Shown here: piece after piece, positions 52,754-64,000 of the stretch
Numbering within the stretch: position 1 is the first letter of the stretch
Layout of the letters: each line of letters starts with the position of its first letter
Assembly (NCBI GenBank): GCA_977017645.1
Contig: OZ360227.1
Coordinates: 99,758,001-99,822,000, forward strand
Origin: Torpedo marmorata
Lineage: Eukaryota
Reading direction: 5' to 3'
DNA length: 64,000 nt
Notes under the pieces: generated by a model
Database searches by the model: none
Told to the model about the DNA's origin: nothing
The model's input: the letters and a program-made list of their open reading frames with translations, nothing else
Made by a program: the position numbers and the translations under genes

Positions 52754-55700
52754 GGGGGACGTCACGTGATGCCATAGGGTTAGGACGTAGGAACCTGACC
52801 CTCCTGGGAATCTCAAAAAAAGTATCAAATATACAAAGTTTTAGAAAATTTAAACCTTTTTAAAAAACATCTGAACACTAGAAAAATACTCTAAATGCCT
52901 CCGAAAAAAAGAAAAAACAGCCGCAGCCTTACCTCGAGCCCAACGCAAGGAGAAGACTGGAAAGGGTAAAAGGCCTCAGCAGCAGGGAGCTAGCGTACAA
53001 AACGATCCCGAGATGAGTGGATCGCTGGCAGGGACCTCTGCTGGCGGTGCGCACCTCCGACATCGGAAAGATGATGCTGAGGAAGAACCCGGAAGTGCAA
53101 CGCGCACGCGTGAAACGTCAGGACTCTCAGCTGAGTCTACAACGTCAGGAGAAGAGGAGTCGGGTCTCCCTAGCTCTGACAACGAGGAAGAGGAGGTGGA
53201 AATGGAAGAACAGCAACAACAAGAGGAGGTAATGGAAGAAACTGTGAAAGTAAAAAGCAAAAAAACAAGCAATTCAGACATATTAAAAGAGCTGAAAAAA
53301 AATGAAGGCTGAAATGAAGTTTGAAATGAAAGGGGAGATTAATAGAGTTGTAAATGAAATAAAAGAAATAAAGACAAAACTGGATAAAATGGATGGACAA
53401 ATGAAGAAGGTACAGGATGAGATGGAACATCTTGATGACAGAATGACAAAAGTGGAAAATACTACAGCAAGTTTATCAATGGAAAATCAGAAACTTCAAC
53501 AGAAAGTAGATATACTGGAGAACTTTAGTAGAAGGAATAATATAAAAATTGTGGGTCTTAAAGAAGGAATAGAAGAGCAAGACCCAACTGGTCTTTTTAG
53601 AAAGTGGATACCTGAAGTCTTGGGACCAGAGAATTTTGAACATCCAATTGAGATTGAAAGAGCACATAGAGCTCTAAGAGGGAAACCACTTCAAGATCAG
53701 AACCCACACTCTGTTTTAATTAAATTTCTTCGTTATCAGGATAGAGAGAAGATTCTGAAAGTGGTGATGGATCGAGCAAGAATACACCAAGGCCCTCTTG
53801 AATATGAAGGTGGCAGAATTCTATTCTATCCCGATATAAGTGCTGACTTAATGAAGAGAAGAAGAGAATTTAATCCAGCCAAGAAGATCCTTTGGGAGAA
53901 AGGTTATAGATTTGTATTACGTCACCTGGCGACTTTGAAAATTTTTTTGCCTGAAGAACAAAATAAATTCTTCTCAAGTTATGTACAGGCAGAAGAGTTT
54001 GTTAAAAATCTTACAATAATGCAGAGGGATTGAAGAAGAAAAATTAAAAACTTGGATTGATATAACTAGGTCCTATAAGGATTATATCATTTACAGCAGC
54101 TTGTGAACTTGATTAATCTAGTCAATGGTTTTTTTTTTAAATGGTAAATGTACCAGGGGGGTTGAGGAAGAGGGTTAGGTTCTAACTCCTGCTGGATCAT
54201 GTGTGTTTTTGTGACCTTGGTCGCGACCCATAAAATGGAGGGGGGTAGCGCTGTATACTCAAACAGCGCTAGATGGGGAAAAATTATTTTGTTTTTATAC
54301 TATTGTGAAAGTTGGGAAATGTATTTTTTAATTCTATAGTTATTCTTTTTTCTTTATGTGGATTGCCAGAGGAGACATGTGACAACCCAATGGAGACTGG
54401 GTAATGAAGTTAAAGGGAGGGATTTAGCAGACTGGGGTGGAGGAGGTAACACTAAAAAGAATGAATATGGTTATTCAAAATGAGTAACATAGTGAAATTT
54501 ATGAACTTTAATATCAATGGGATAAATGGACCAGTGAAGAGAAAGAGAGTATTAACATATATTAAAAAATTGGGAATAGATGTGGCTTTTTAACAAGAGA
54601 CACACTTAACTGAAAAAGAACATTTGAAATTAAAAAGAGATTGGGTGGGATATGTAGCAGCTTCTTCATTTAATTCTAAGGCAAGAGGTGTGGCAATTCT
54701 AATGAAAAAGAATCTCAAATTCAAAACGTTGTGATGGATCCTGTAGGGAGATATGTAATGATACATTGCCAGATATATTCGGAGTTTTGGACTTTTTTGA
54801 ATCTATATGCCCCTAATGTGGATGATGATAAATTTATTCAAGAAACTTTTCTTAATATAGCAGAGGCACATGAAAATATTATAATAGGAGGAGACTTCAA
54901 TTTTTGTTTAGATCCAATTTTAGATAGTCTACAAGGGAGTGAAGAGAACTAAAGCAACAAAAGCTGCACTGGTACTAATGAAAGATTTAAATTTAATAGA
55001 TTGTTGGAGGAGAATACATTTTATTCGAATAGACACGATTCTTACTTTAGAATTGATTTATTTTTAACTTCAGGGCAATTGCAAGATAGGATTCTAGAAG
55101 TAGAATATAAAGCAAGGATTTTGTCTGATCACTCACCTTTATTAATGACAATTGCCATGCCTGATAAAGAAAAACTGATATATAGGTGGAGATTAAACCC
55201 ATTATTATTAAAAAGAACAGACCTTTGTGATTTTATAAGGAGACAAATTCAGATATTTTGTGAAACAAATTTAAACTCTGTGAATGATAAGTTTGTAATA
55301 TGGGAAATTCTGAAAGCGTATCTGAGAGGTCAAATTATAAGTTATACCTCAAAAATCAAAAGGGAATATATGAGAGATATAGACCAATTAGAAACAGAAA
55401 TAACGGTTCTAGAAAAGGACTTACAAAAGAGAAGTTCTGAAGATAAACGTAGCCATCTAATTAACAAAAAAAATCAGTATAATGTATTACAGAATGGAGA
55501 AAACTATTATAAGAACTAAACAGAAGTATTATGAATTAGGTGAGCGATCACACAAGGTATTAGCATGGCAATTAAAAACTGAACAGGCCTCAAGAACAAT
55601 CAATGCAATTAAAAGCGACTCTAATGTTATTAGTTATAAACCCCAAAAGATAAATGACTATTTTAAAAATTTATATTCTCTAAATTATATTAAACAGAAT

Positions 55701-58700
55701 CTTTGCAAGATGATAGTAAAATAGACAGATAATTATCGCAGATAAATTTACCAAGATTAAGTATGTAAGAACAGTTAGAATTGAGCACTCAGCTTACACA
55801 GGAAGAAGTGAAAGAAGCAATGAGTTCATTACAAAGTAATAAAGCTCCAGGAGAGGATGGCTTCCCACCTGAGTTTTATAAAGAGTTTAAAGACCTATTA
55901 ATTCCTATCTTTATGGAAACATTAAAACAGGCATCAGTAACTCATACTCTCCCGCAATCTTTTTCAACAGCAATAATTACTGTAATACCAAAGAAAGATA
56001 GAGATCCATTGAAACCCTCGTCCTATAGACTATTTCATTATTAAATGCAGATTACAAAATTGTAGCCAAAATCTTGGTTAATAGAATGACTAAATTGTTA
56101 CCTAAATTAGTAAATATGGATCAGACAGGTTTTATAAAAAAAAGACAAGCGGCTGATAATGTAGCTCAAAAAAGGAAAGTATTAAGTGTTGCAGTGGCTT
56201 TAGATGTGGAAAAAGTGTTTGATAGATTGGAGTGGGACTTTCTGTTTAAAGTGTTGGAGAAATTTGGATTTGGACAGACCTTCATAAACTGGATTAAAGC
56301 ATTATACAATGGTCCAAAAGCTAAAGTAGTGACTAATGGACAAATATTAACTCCGTTCTATTTGACAAGGTCTAGTAGACAAGGATGCCCACTGTCACCA
56401 TCTTTATTTATATTAGGTATAGAACCACTTGCAGAAGCAATTAGAAGAGATTTGGAAATTAAGGGATTTAGGGTTGGCCAAGAAGAACATAAAATTAGTT
56501 TATTCGCGGATGATGTTTTAATATACTTGACAGAACCTGAAATCTCTTTATGAAGATTACATCTTAAATTGGAAGAATATGGAGAGATATCAGGTTATAA
56601 GATAAATTGGGATAAAAGTGAAATTATGCCCCTTATAGAAGGTGATTATACTTTATGTAAAATAAATACTCAGTTTAAATGTCCACATAATGGGATTAAA
56701 ATATCTAGGAATTCAAACAGATATTAATCTAAAAAATCTATATAAATGGAATTATTTACCACTACTTAAAAAGGTTAAAGAAGATTTGGAAAAATTGATG
56801 AGTCTACCCATAACATTGATAGGAAGAGTTAATTGTATTAAAATGAACATATTACCAAGAATACAATATTTATATCAAACCATACCTATTTTATTACCAC
56901 AAGGGTTTTTTCAAGAGTTAAGTAAATGTGTGAGAAAATTTCTTTGGAGAGGTAAAATGTCAAGAGTTTCTATAGAATGCTTAACATGGAAATATGAGCC
57001 AGGAGGCTTGCAGCTCCCTAGTTTTAAGAATTATTACCGAGCGGCTCAAATGAGATTTCTTACTTCTTTTTTTGAAAGGGAGGAAAAACCTGCATGGGTT
57101 AAAATAGAGTTAGGAAAAATAGAAGAGAGAGTAGCAGAAGAATTTATATATAAATTGAACTCAAAATTATTAGTAGGAGTTAAGGAAGCGCCATTATTAA
57201 AACACTTGATTAATGTTTGGAACAAGATTAATGAAAAAATAGGGATAAAAGGGGATATATCACCCAAAATGCCCTTGACTCAGAATAATCTTATACTTTT
57301 TACAAGAGATAATCAATTTTTAAATATATGGTTCCAGAAAGGAATTAAGAAGATAGAAGATTGTTATGAAAGGGGTCAATTGATGTAATTTGCACAGTTA
57401 AGAAATAAATACAGAATAACGAACAATACTCTTTTTTGTTATTTTCAATTAGGAGGATATTTAAGGGAAAAACTAGGATTAGACATGTCGTTACAAAATT
57501 GTAGTGAAGTGGAAACTCTTATTAGAAAAGGAAATACTAAAAAATTTGCTTCTATAATGTACTCTTTGTTACAAAGAGGGACCCTTAAACAAGGAGTTCA
57601 TAAATCTAGACAGAGGTGGGAACAAGATCTGAATGTGATAATTGATGAACAAAGACGGTCAGATTTATGTCGAGATAGCATGACCAACACTATTAATGTA
57701 AGATATAGATTAGTTCAGTATAATGTTTTACATCAGTTATATCTTACACCACAAAAATTGAATAAAATGAAATCAGAATTGTCAAATCAGTGTTTTAGAT
57801 GTGGTGAAGATGTGGGAACTTTCTTGCATTCTACTTGGTTATGCTCTAAGGTAAGACCCTTTTGGGTCAAACTAGGGAATTTGTTAAAACAAATCACAGG
57901 AGTTACACTTCCACAAAACCCCGATTTATTTTTGTTTGGAAATGTGGAAGGAACGCGGCGCTGCCGGAGCCGCTGTAGTGGCAGCGCTGCCGCTGGAGCG
58001 GACCCACGGGGAGTGAGGGAGCAGAGATGCAGTGCTCCCGTGGGGTCCAACCGCCCAGTCGACTGCCATCGGTTCCACACGGGCTTTGAATAGCCCGTTA
58101 AAGGAGCCGACGGTGGTTTTATTTAAGATCCCGTGACCGCGGGGTCTGCACCCAAGATGGCAGCGCCTTTTAACTTGAATCTTGAACTAGACCAAAATTG
58201 AAATTATCAACATATCAATTGAAATTTGTTAAAATTGCTCTAGCGGTAGAGAGGAAGTGTATAGCAGTAACCTGGAAATCAGACATAAATTTAGGTATGG
58301 AAAGATGGAATACAGAGATACAGTGTTGTATTCCCTTGGAAAAAATAACATACAACATGAGAAATAAATATGGGATTTTCTTGCAAATTTGGTGTCCATA
58401 TATCCAGACATTAGGTATAAATATGTAAAGATGTTCTTCCACACCTTAGGCCCTATGCTAACTCCCTCAAAACTAAACTGATAGAAACACTGTGGAAAAT
58501 TTGTGTCAGACTGTGAATCTCCGGGCAATCCACATAATTGTTTTTCATAAGTAATATTATATTACTTTCTTTTTTTATTTTTCCTTCTTTCTTTTTGGTA
58601 GATATTAGGAGGGGGAGGGAAGGTAAGGGGAGGGAGTGGGTTGAGGGTGGGTTTAGAAATATTAAGTAATAATTTTAATTTGAAATGTTGGAAAAGTTGT

Positions 58701-58853
58701 TATAGGGGATTTGGGGGGTTAAGGGAGGGGGTAGATTACACCATGTAATATAATATGAATGTTTTCTTTCTGAAGTTAATAATGTACATTATTTACGTAT
58801 GTAGTACATGTGTGTGAAAATTTAAATTTAAAATAAAATATTCCCCAAAAAAA
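52754..58853 (+). mobile_element. Full-length L1 family C, decayed
   Basis: 7-bp TSD gaatata (52747-52753 / 58854-58860); 5' GGGGGACGTCACGTG; ORF1 (ENFSRRNNIKIVGL, IERAHR); ORF2 (NINGING, SDHSP, QGCPLSP, LFADDVL, CFRC); G-rich 3' UTR; AATAAA and A tail. Confidence 0.93.
57955..58183 (+). mobile_element. Short copy 3 of the GC-rich retroposon (head joined to microsatellite tail)
   Basis: Head matches copies 1 and 2 up to gccttttaac, then ttgaatcttga; TSD gaac; the L1 frame GNVEGT|RPKLK is restored on removal. Confidence 0.88.
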
Positions 58854-60632
58854 GAATATATAATATTTAATAAACGGCGTATATTGAAATGGAAATACCG
58901 ATTTTTAATAAATCCAGTCTGATCATCAGTTATAATAAATGGCAAAATATTTTCAAGTCTATGAGCCAAAATTTCAGGTAGAATTTTAGTGTCAACATTG
59001 AGTAGAGAAATTGGCCTGTATGAGGAGCTGTCGACTGGATTTTTATTCTTTTTAAGAATTAGCGAGTTGGAAGCCTCGTAAAAAGACTGAGGCAACTTGT
59101 CAAGTTTAAAAGAATCAGAAAAAACAGAATATAGATAAGGTGTAAGTACTGAGGAAAAAGTCTTATAAAATTCTCCAGGAAATCCATCAGGACCTGGTGA
59201 CTTCCCAGAATGTAGTGAATGCGAAATAGATTGATCCAAATGCTTTTGATTAGCAGCAGATAGTACAGGAATATTCAATTGATATAAAAAATTATTCATT
59301 ACAATATCATCCTTAGGAGAGTCGGAACTATACAGTTCAGAATAAAATTCCTTAAAGGTGTCATTTATTTCTAAATGATCAGTTGTCATAACACCATTAG
59401 GTTTACAAATTTCTTTGATTTGCCGTTTGGCTACTGAAGCTTTTAATTGATTAGCCAATAGTATACCTGTTTTATCTCCATGGATATAAAATTGACTTTT
59501 ACCTTTTAAAAGTTTGATTTCAATTGGATACATTAAAAGAAGCTCATATTTAGTTTTAATTTCAATAGGCCATATATATAAAGCAGGGTCTGGAGCCAGA
59601 GCATACCTTTGATCTAATTGTTTCAGTTGGTTAGCTAAATCAGTTTTCTCTTTATTAGCTTTTTTTCCTAATGCTTGCAGTATAAGAGATCATTTGTACC
59701 CTAATAAAAGCCTTAAAAGCATCCCAAACAATAAGACTGGAAGTCTCTTCCACAGTATTTTTTTCAAAAAAGAGAGTAATTTGTTCCTCCAAGAACTTTA
59801 AAAATTCCTTATCAGATAGTAGGGTTAAATAAAAGCACCAATGTCTGTTTATTTGGGGAAAACCTGGAAAGTTTAAAGATAGTAACACAGGAGCATGGTC
59901 GGAAATGACTATATTTTTGTATTCACAAGAACGAATTAATGGGATCATTTGACTATCAATAAAAAAAATAGTCAATCCACGAATATGTATAGTGAAAGGA
60001 AGAAAAAAATGAATATTCCCTGTCTTCTGGATGAATAAAAACGCCAGACATCAATAATACCACATTTTAATAAAAAAGATTGAATGAATAAAGCTGATTT
60101 ATTCAAAGTGGATAGTTTAGAAGACGAACGATCTAAAACCGGATCTAGCCAGCAGTTAAAGTCTCCTCCCATCACTAATGAATAAAGACTCAAATCAGGC
60201 AAGAATGAAAAAAAACATTCAAAAAATCCAGGGTCCTCCATATTCGGAGCATAAACATTAGCAAACACCACCAATTTATTATACAGTTTCCCTGTCACAA
60301 TAACAAAGCGACCATTTGTGTCTGAAACAACATTATGTTGAACAAAGCGAATTGTGTGATCTATAAAAATCGATACCTCTCTGGATTTGGCCTGAAATGA
60401 TAAGTGAAACTGCAGCCCGTTCCACAGTCTAAAAAGACGTATGTTATCACTATTACGTATATGCGTTTCTTGCAAAAATATAATTGGGACCTTAAGTTTT
60501 TTGGCATAAGCAAAAATCTTATTTCATTTTGCAGGGTGATTTAACCCTTTAACGTTAAATCTAAGTAACTCGATTACTTGATCCATTTTAACTGTTTTAA
60601 AAATAAGAAGCTAACAAATAGGGAACAAATAG

Positions 60633-61704
60633 ATTCAACACGATCATACCTCAGTAACTGATAGGGAAGTTGAGCGGGCTGGGCCTAAACAACACCCTCT
60701 GTAATTGGATTCTAGACTTCCTGATGGGAAGACCTCAGGCAGTCCGGATTGGAAACAGCACTTCTAAGGTCATTACATTGAGCACGGGGGCTCCCCAGGG
60801 CTGTGCGCTTAGTCTATTGCTGTTCACTCTGCTGACTCATGACTGTGCAGCAAAACACAGCTCGAATCACATCATCAAGTTCGCTGATGATATGACTGTG
60901 GTGGGCCTTATCAGCAAGAACGATGAGTCAGCATACAGAGACGAGGTGCAGTCGCTAATGGAATGGTGCGGAGCGAACAACCTGCATCTGAATGTAAATA
61001 AAACTAAAGAGTTGGTTGTCGACTTCAGGAGGGCCCGGGGGGATCATTCTCCATTGACCATGGACGGCTCTACCGTTGAGGTCGTAAAGAGTACCAAGTT
61101 TCTTGGAGTGCACTTGGCAGAGAGTCTCACCTGGTCCCTTCACCAGTTCCATAGTCAAGAAAGTCCAGCAGCATCTTTACTTCCTGCGAAGGCTGAGGGA
61201 AGTTCATCTACCACCCTCTATCCTTACTACATTCTACAGGGGATGTATTGAGAGTATTCTGAGCAATTGCATCACCGCTTGGTTTGGAAACTGTACCATC
61301 TCGGACCGAAAGACCCTGCAGAGGATAGTGGGGTCAGTGGAGAAAATTATTGGTGTCTCTCTTCCCACCATGATGGACATCTACAACACACGATGCATGA
61401 AGAAGGCTAATAACATTGTGAAGGACTTCTCACCCCCTTTTTGCAAACTTTTTTCACTTTTGCCATCTGGGAGGAGGTACTGAAGCACTCAGGCCCGTAC
61501 GTCCAGATTGTGCAACAGTTTTTTCCCCCAAGCCATCAGGCTCCTCAATTTTTAGATATATATGTGTATTAGCATGTTATAGTTTTTTTTATTGTATTAT
61601 GATATTTATGTACATCTGCCCATGGTCCTGGAGAAACGCTATCTCGTCTTACTGTGTATATGGTAATGAACGACAAATAAAGGTGACTTGACTTGACTTG
61701 ACTT
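60633..61704 (+). mobile_element. 5'-truncated Rex1-type LINE with (gactt)n tail
   Basis: [32 protein letters not shown]. Confidence 0.9.
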
Positions 61705-61984
61705 ATATCATTCATACTTAACAAGCATCGAAAGTAAAGTAGCCGAAAACAGGTGTGATTTTACAAAGCCAAAACAACTTCCAAAGAAATATTAACCCCC
61801 CCTCCTCCCTCCACCCAAAGCAAGAAAGCTGACCAATAGACAGACGACACACAGCTAATTAAATTACCCATCCCCAAAAAATTTACAGCTGGCAAAACTC
61901 CAATAATATAATGAAACCTTGAATGTGTTCCAAACGAGACAAAACAGTTAATGCCAAAAAACAAAAGCTGAGATAACTATTATG

Positions 61985-62675
61985 TTTCCCTGAAGGTGGA
62001 AACTCATGTGAATAGGGTGGTGAAGAAGGCTTTTAGTATGCTGGCCTTCATCAATCAATGCATAGAATATAGGAGTTGGGAAGTGATGTTGAGATTATAT
62101 AAGGCTTTGGTGCGGCCTAATTTAGAGTTCTGTGTGCAGTTCTGGTCGCCAAATTATAGGAAGGATATCAACAAAGTGGAGAGAGTGCAGAGAAGGTTTA
62201 CCAGAATGTTACCTGGGTTTAAGAATTTAGAGTACAAGGAGAGATTGAGCAGATTAGGTCTTTATTCTTTGGAGCGTAGAAGGTTGAGAGGGGATTTGAT
62301 AGAGGTATTTAAAATTATGAAAGGGATAGACAGAGTGGATGTGGATAGACTATTTCCATTAAGAATAGGAGAGATTGAAACAAGAGGACATGAGCTAAGA
62401 GTTAAGGGGCAGAGGTTTAGAGGTAACATGAGGGGGAACTTCTTTACTCAGAGAGTGGTAGCGGTGTGGAATAAGCTTCCGGGAGAAGTAGTGGCGGCAG
62501 AGTCAATTTTAGTATTTAAGAAAAAGTTGGACAAGTATATGGATGAGAGGGAAGTGGAGGGTTATGGGCAAGGTGCAGGTAGGTGGGACTAGATAGGAAT
62601 GTTTGGTTCGGTGCGGACTGGAAGGGCCTAATGGCCTGTTTCCGTGCTGTAATTGTTATATGGTTATATGGTTAT
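61985..62675 (+). mobile_element. CR1 3' fragment
   Basis: LVRPNLEFCVQFWSP, RRLRGDLIEVFKIMKG; (tggttata)n tail; related to 39161-40030. Confidence 0.92.
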
Positions 62676-62752
62676 AATATATTAGCGCACATTACCATTT
62701 AACAACAGAAAAAACCTTGAGGTAAAGAAAACACAACTATTAAAATATTAAT

Positions 62753-62875
62753 TTAAATAGTTAATTCAAAATCAAAGAGCTTAACATTTTATAAGCTAAA
62801 TGATTTATTAATTCAAATAGTTAATTCAAAATCAAAGAACTTAACGTTTTATAAGATAGATTATTTAAATATCAA
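62753..62875. repeat. ~60-bp tandem duplication in the L1-A inter-ORF region
   Basis: aaatagttaattcaaaatcaaagarcttaacrttttataag occurs twice, 60 bp apart. Confidence 0.85.
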
Positions 62876-63912
62876 AAGCAAACTCTGATCAAAATGTATA
62901 AACACTAAGGCATTAACTCATGTAAACCTTATTCTATTAATTAAGCATTAAAAAAAATCAAGAAGTAAATCACTACATAGAATTAGAGAAACAGTTACTC
63001 AGATGGAGAGATAGTAGATGGCAGTTGTGCTTCTAGGCTTGTTCAATGGTGTTAAACAGACGCGCTGGAAAAAGCAGAGCAGGCTTAAAACCTTGATTGT
63101 AGAATTCCGACATAATCTTCTTGTATTTAACATGTTCACTCATAACCTCGGATGAGTAGTCCTCGACGATACCAATCTTCTGACCTTTGTAGTCAATTCT
63201 TCCTCTGCGACGAGCTTCACGTAATAAAAGCTCCTTAGTTTGAAATTCATGAAAGCACACTATAACCGATCGAGGTCTCTGACCGGGAGCTGGTTTAGGA
63301 ATCAACGATCTATGTGCACAATCTATCACAGGGAGAGTCGGCAGAACTCCAGATCCAAATAATTCAGCCAGAAAACTTGCAAAAAATTTAGTAGGCTGGC
63401 CACCTTCAGTTGGCTCTTCCAAGCCCAGAATTCGTAAGTTATTTCTTCTGTTTCTGTTTTCTAAATTAATAATCTTCTGGGTTAATTTTTCATTAGTCTT
63501 TGATAAGTTTTTACAGAGCTTTTGCATATCATCCATTCTTCCATCCAAAGCATTCGCGAATACTTTGTTATCTTGAATACGTTTATCATGTTCTTCTAAG
63601 GTTTTTTGAAAATAATCCAGTTTGGCATCCATCTGCTTAAATTCAATTCTAAATTGTTGTAATTCATCAGAGGATTCTTTTCTATGTTGTTGAAGCAAAT
63701 CCACGATAGACTCAAAGACGCAGGAGGGTCCTCTTCCTTTCTAGTAGCTTTACTCCTTGTAGCCATGTTAAAGATAGTTACAGTCGTTAATCCAGTTAAA
63801 TTCAGTAAACAATGTAAAGTTTAAGAATAAGGTTTTAAAAAGGTTGGAAACAGTAAGGTAAATTGGAGCAACTTCAAAAAGCTGCTACTCCATCAACGAC
63901 CAGCAGGAACTC

Positions 63913-64000
63913 GTCATTTTTCAACACAAGGACCAGAGTTGTGCCTATGAAAGTCAAAGAAGTCATTATGAGGCTAAAAAACAAGAACAAAACAGTAAGA
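63913..64000 (+). pseudogene. Tc1 transposase N-terminus (element continues beyond the window)
   Basis: Reads xRTRVVPMKVKEVIMRLKNKNKTVR, resembling the first helix-turn-helix region of Tc1 transposases; the expected ATG appears as ACA. Confidence 0.7.

Larger units (their letters stand above)
44457..63912 (-). mobile_element. Full-span L1 (family A), decayed, hosting nested insertions
   Basis: TSD gccatttttc / gtcatttttc (44447-44456 / 63913-63922); ORF1 (LENRNRRNNLRILGL, 63033-63704); ORF2 pieces QETH (59972-60475), SPGPDGF (58793-59533), RGTRQGCP (52131-52753); 3' end at 44457-45049. Confidence 0.88.

Noticed and set aside
5856-58853. An intact, active or domesticated TE ORF
   Set aside because: Every long element examined carries stops, frameshifts or deletions.

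Overview
Vertebrate genomic DNA, most likely from a cartilaginous fish (shark or ray). This is inferred from HE1-like V-SINEs, CR1, Rex1/Babar, Penelope and fish-type L1 families. The host gene is PDE11A on the + strand: two phase-0 coding exons (1308-1400, [31 protein letters not shown]; 4491-4541, VLSYHATCLKTEVDKFK) are followed by an intron of more than 59 kb made mostly of nested, decayed transposons. I could reconstruct two large nests from target-site duplications (TSDs). In the first, a Rex1 LINE holds a BEL/Pao LTR element (25182-36164), which in turn holds a CR1 and an L1 fragment. In the second, a Tc1 transposon holds an L1 (44457-63912), which holds three further L1s, a Rex1 and a CR1. 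Most notable signals: (1) a non-autonomous retroposon with a multi-hairpin GC-rich head (3 copies) whose 3' module resembles that of a 5S-rRNA-derived SINE in the same window; (2) a SAP-like domain at the N-terminus of the BEL Gag; (3) a twin-priming-type 5' inversion of an L1 inserted into its own family; (4) a ~51-bp apparent TSD; (5) degenerate hammerhead-ribozyme motifs in Penelope pseudo-LTRs. All coordinates and alignments were made by eye; no database searches were run.
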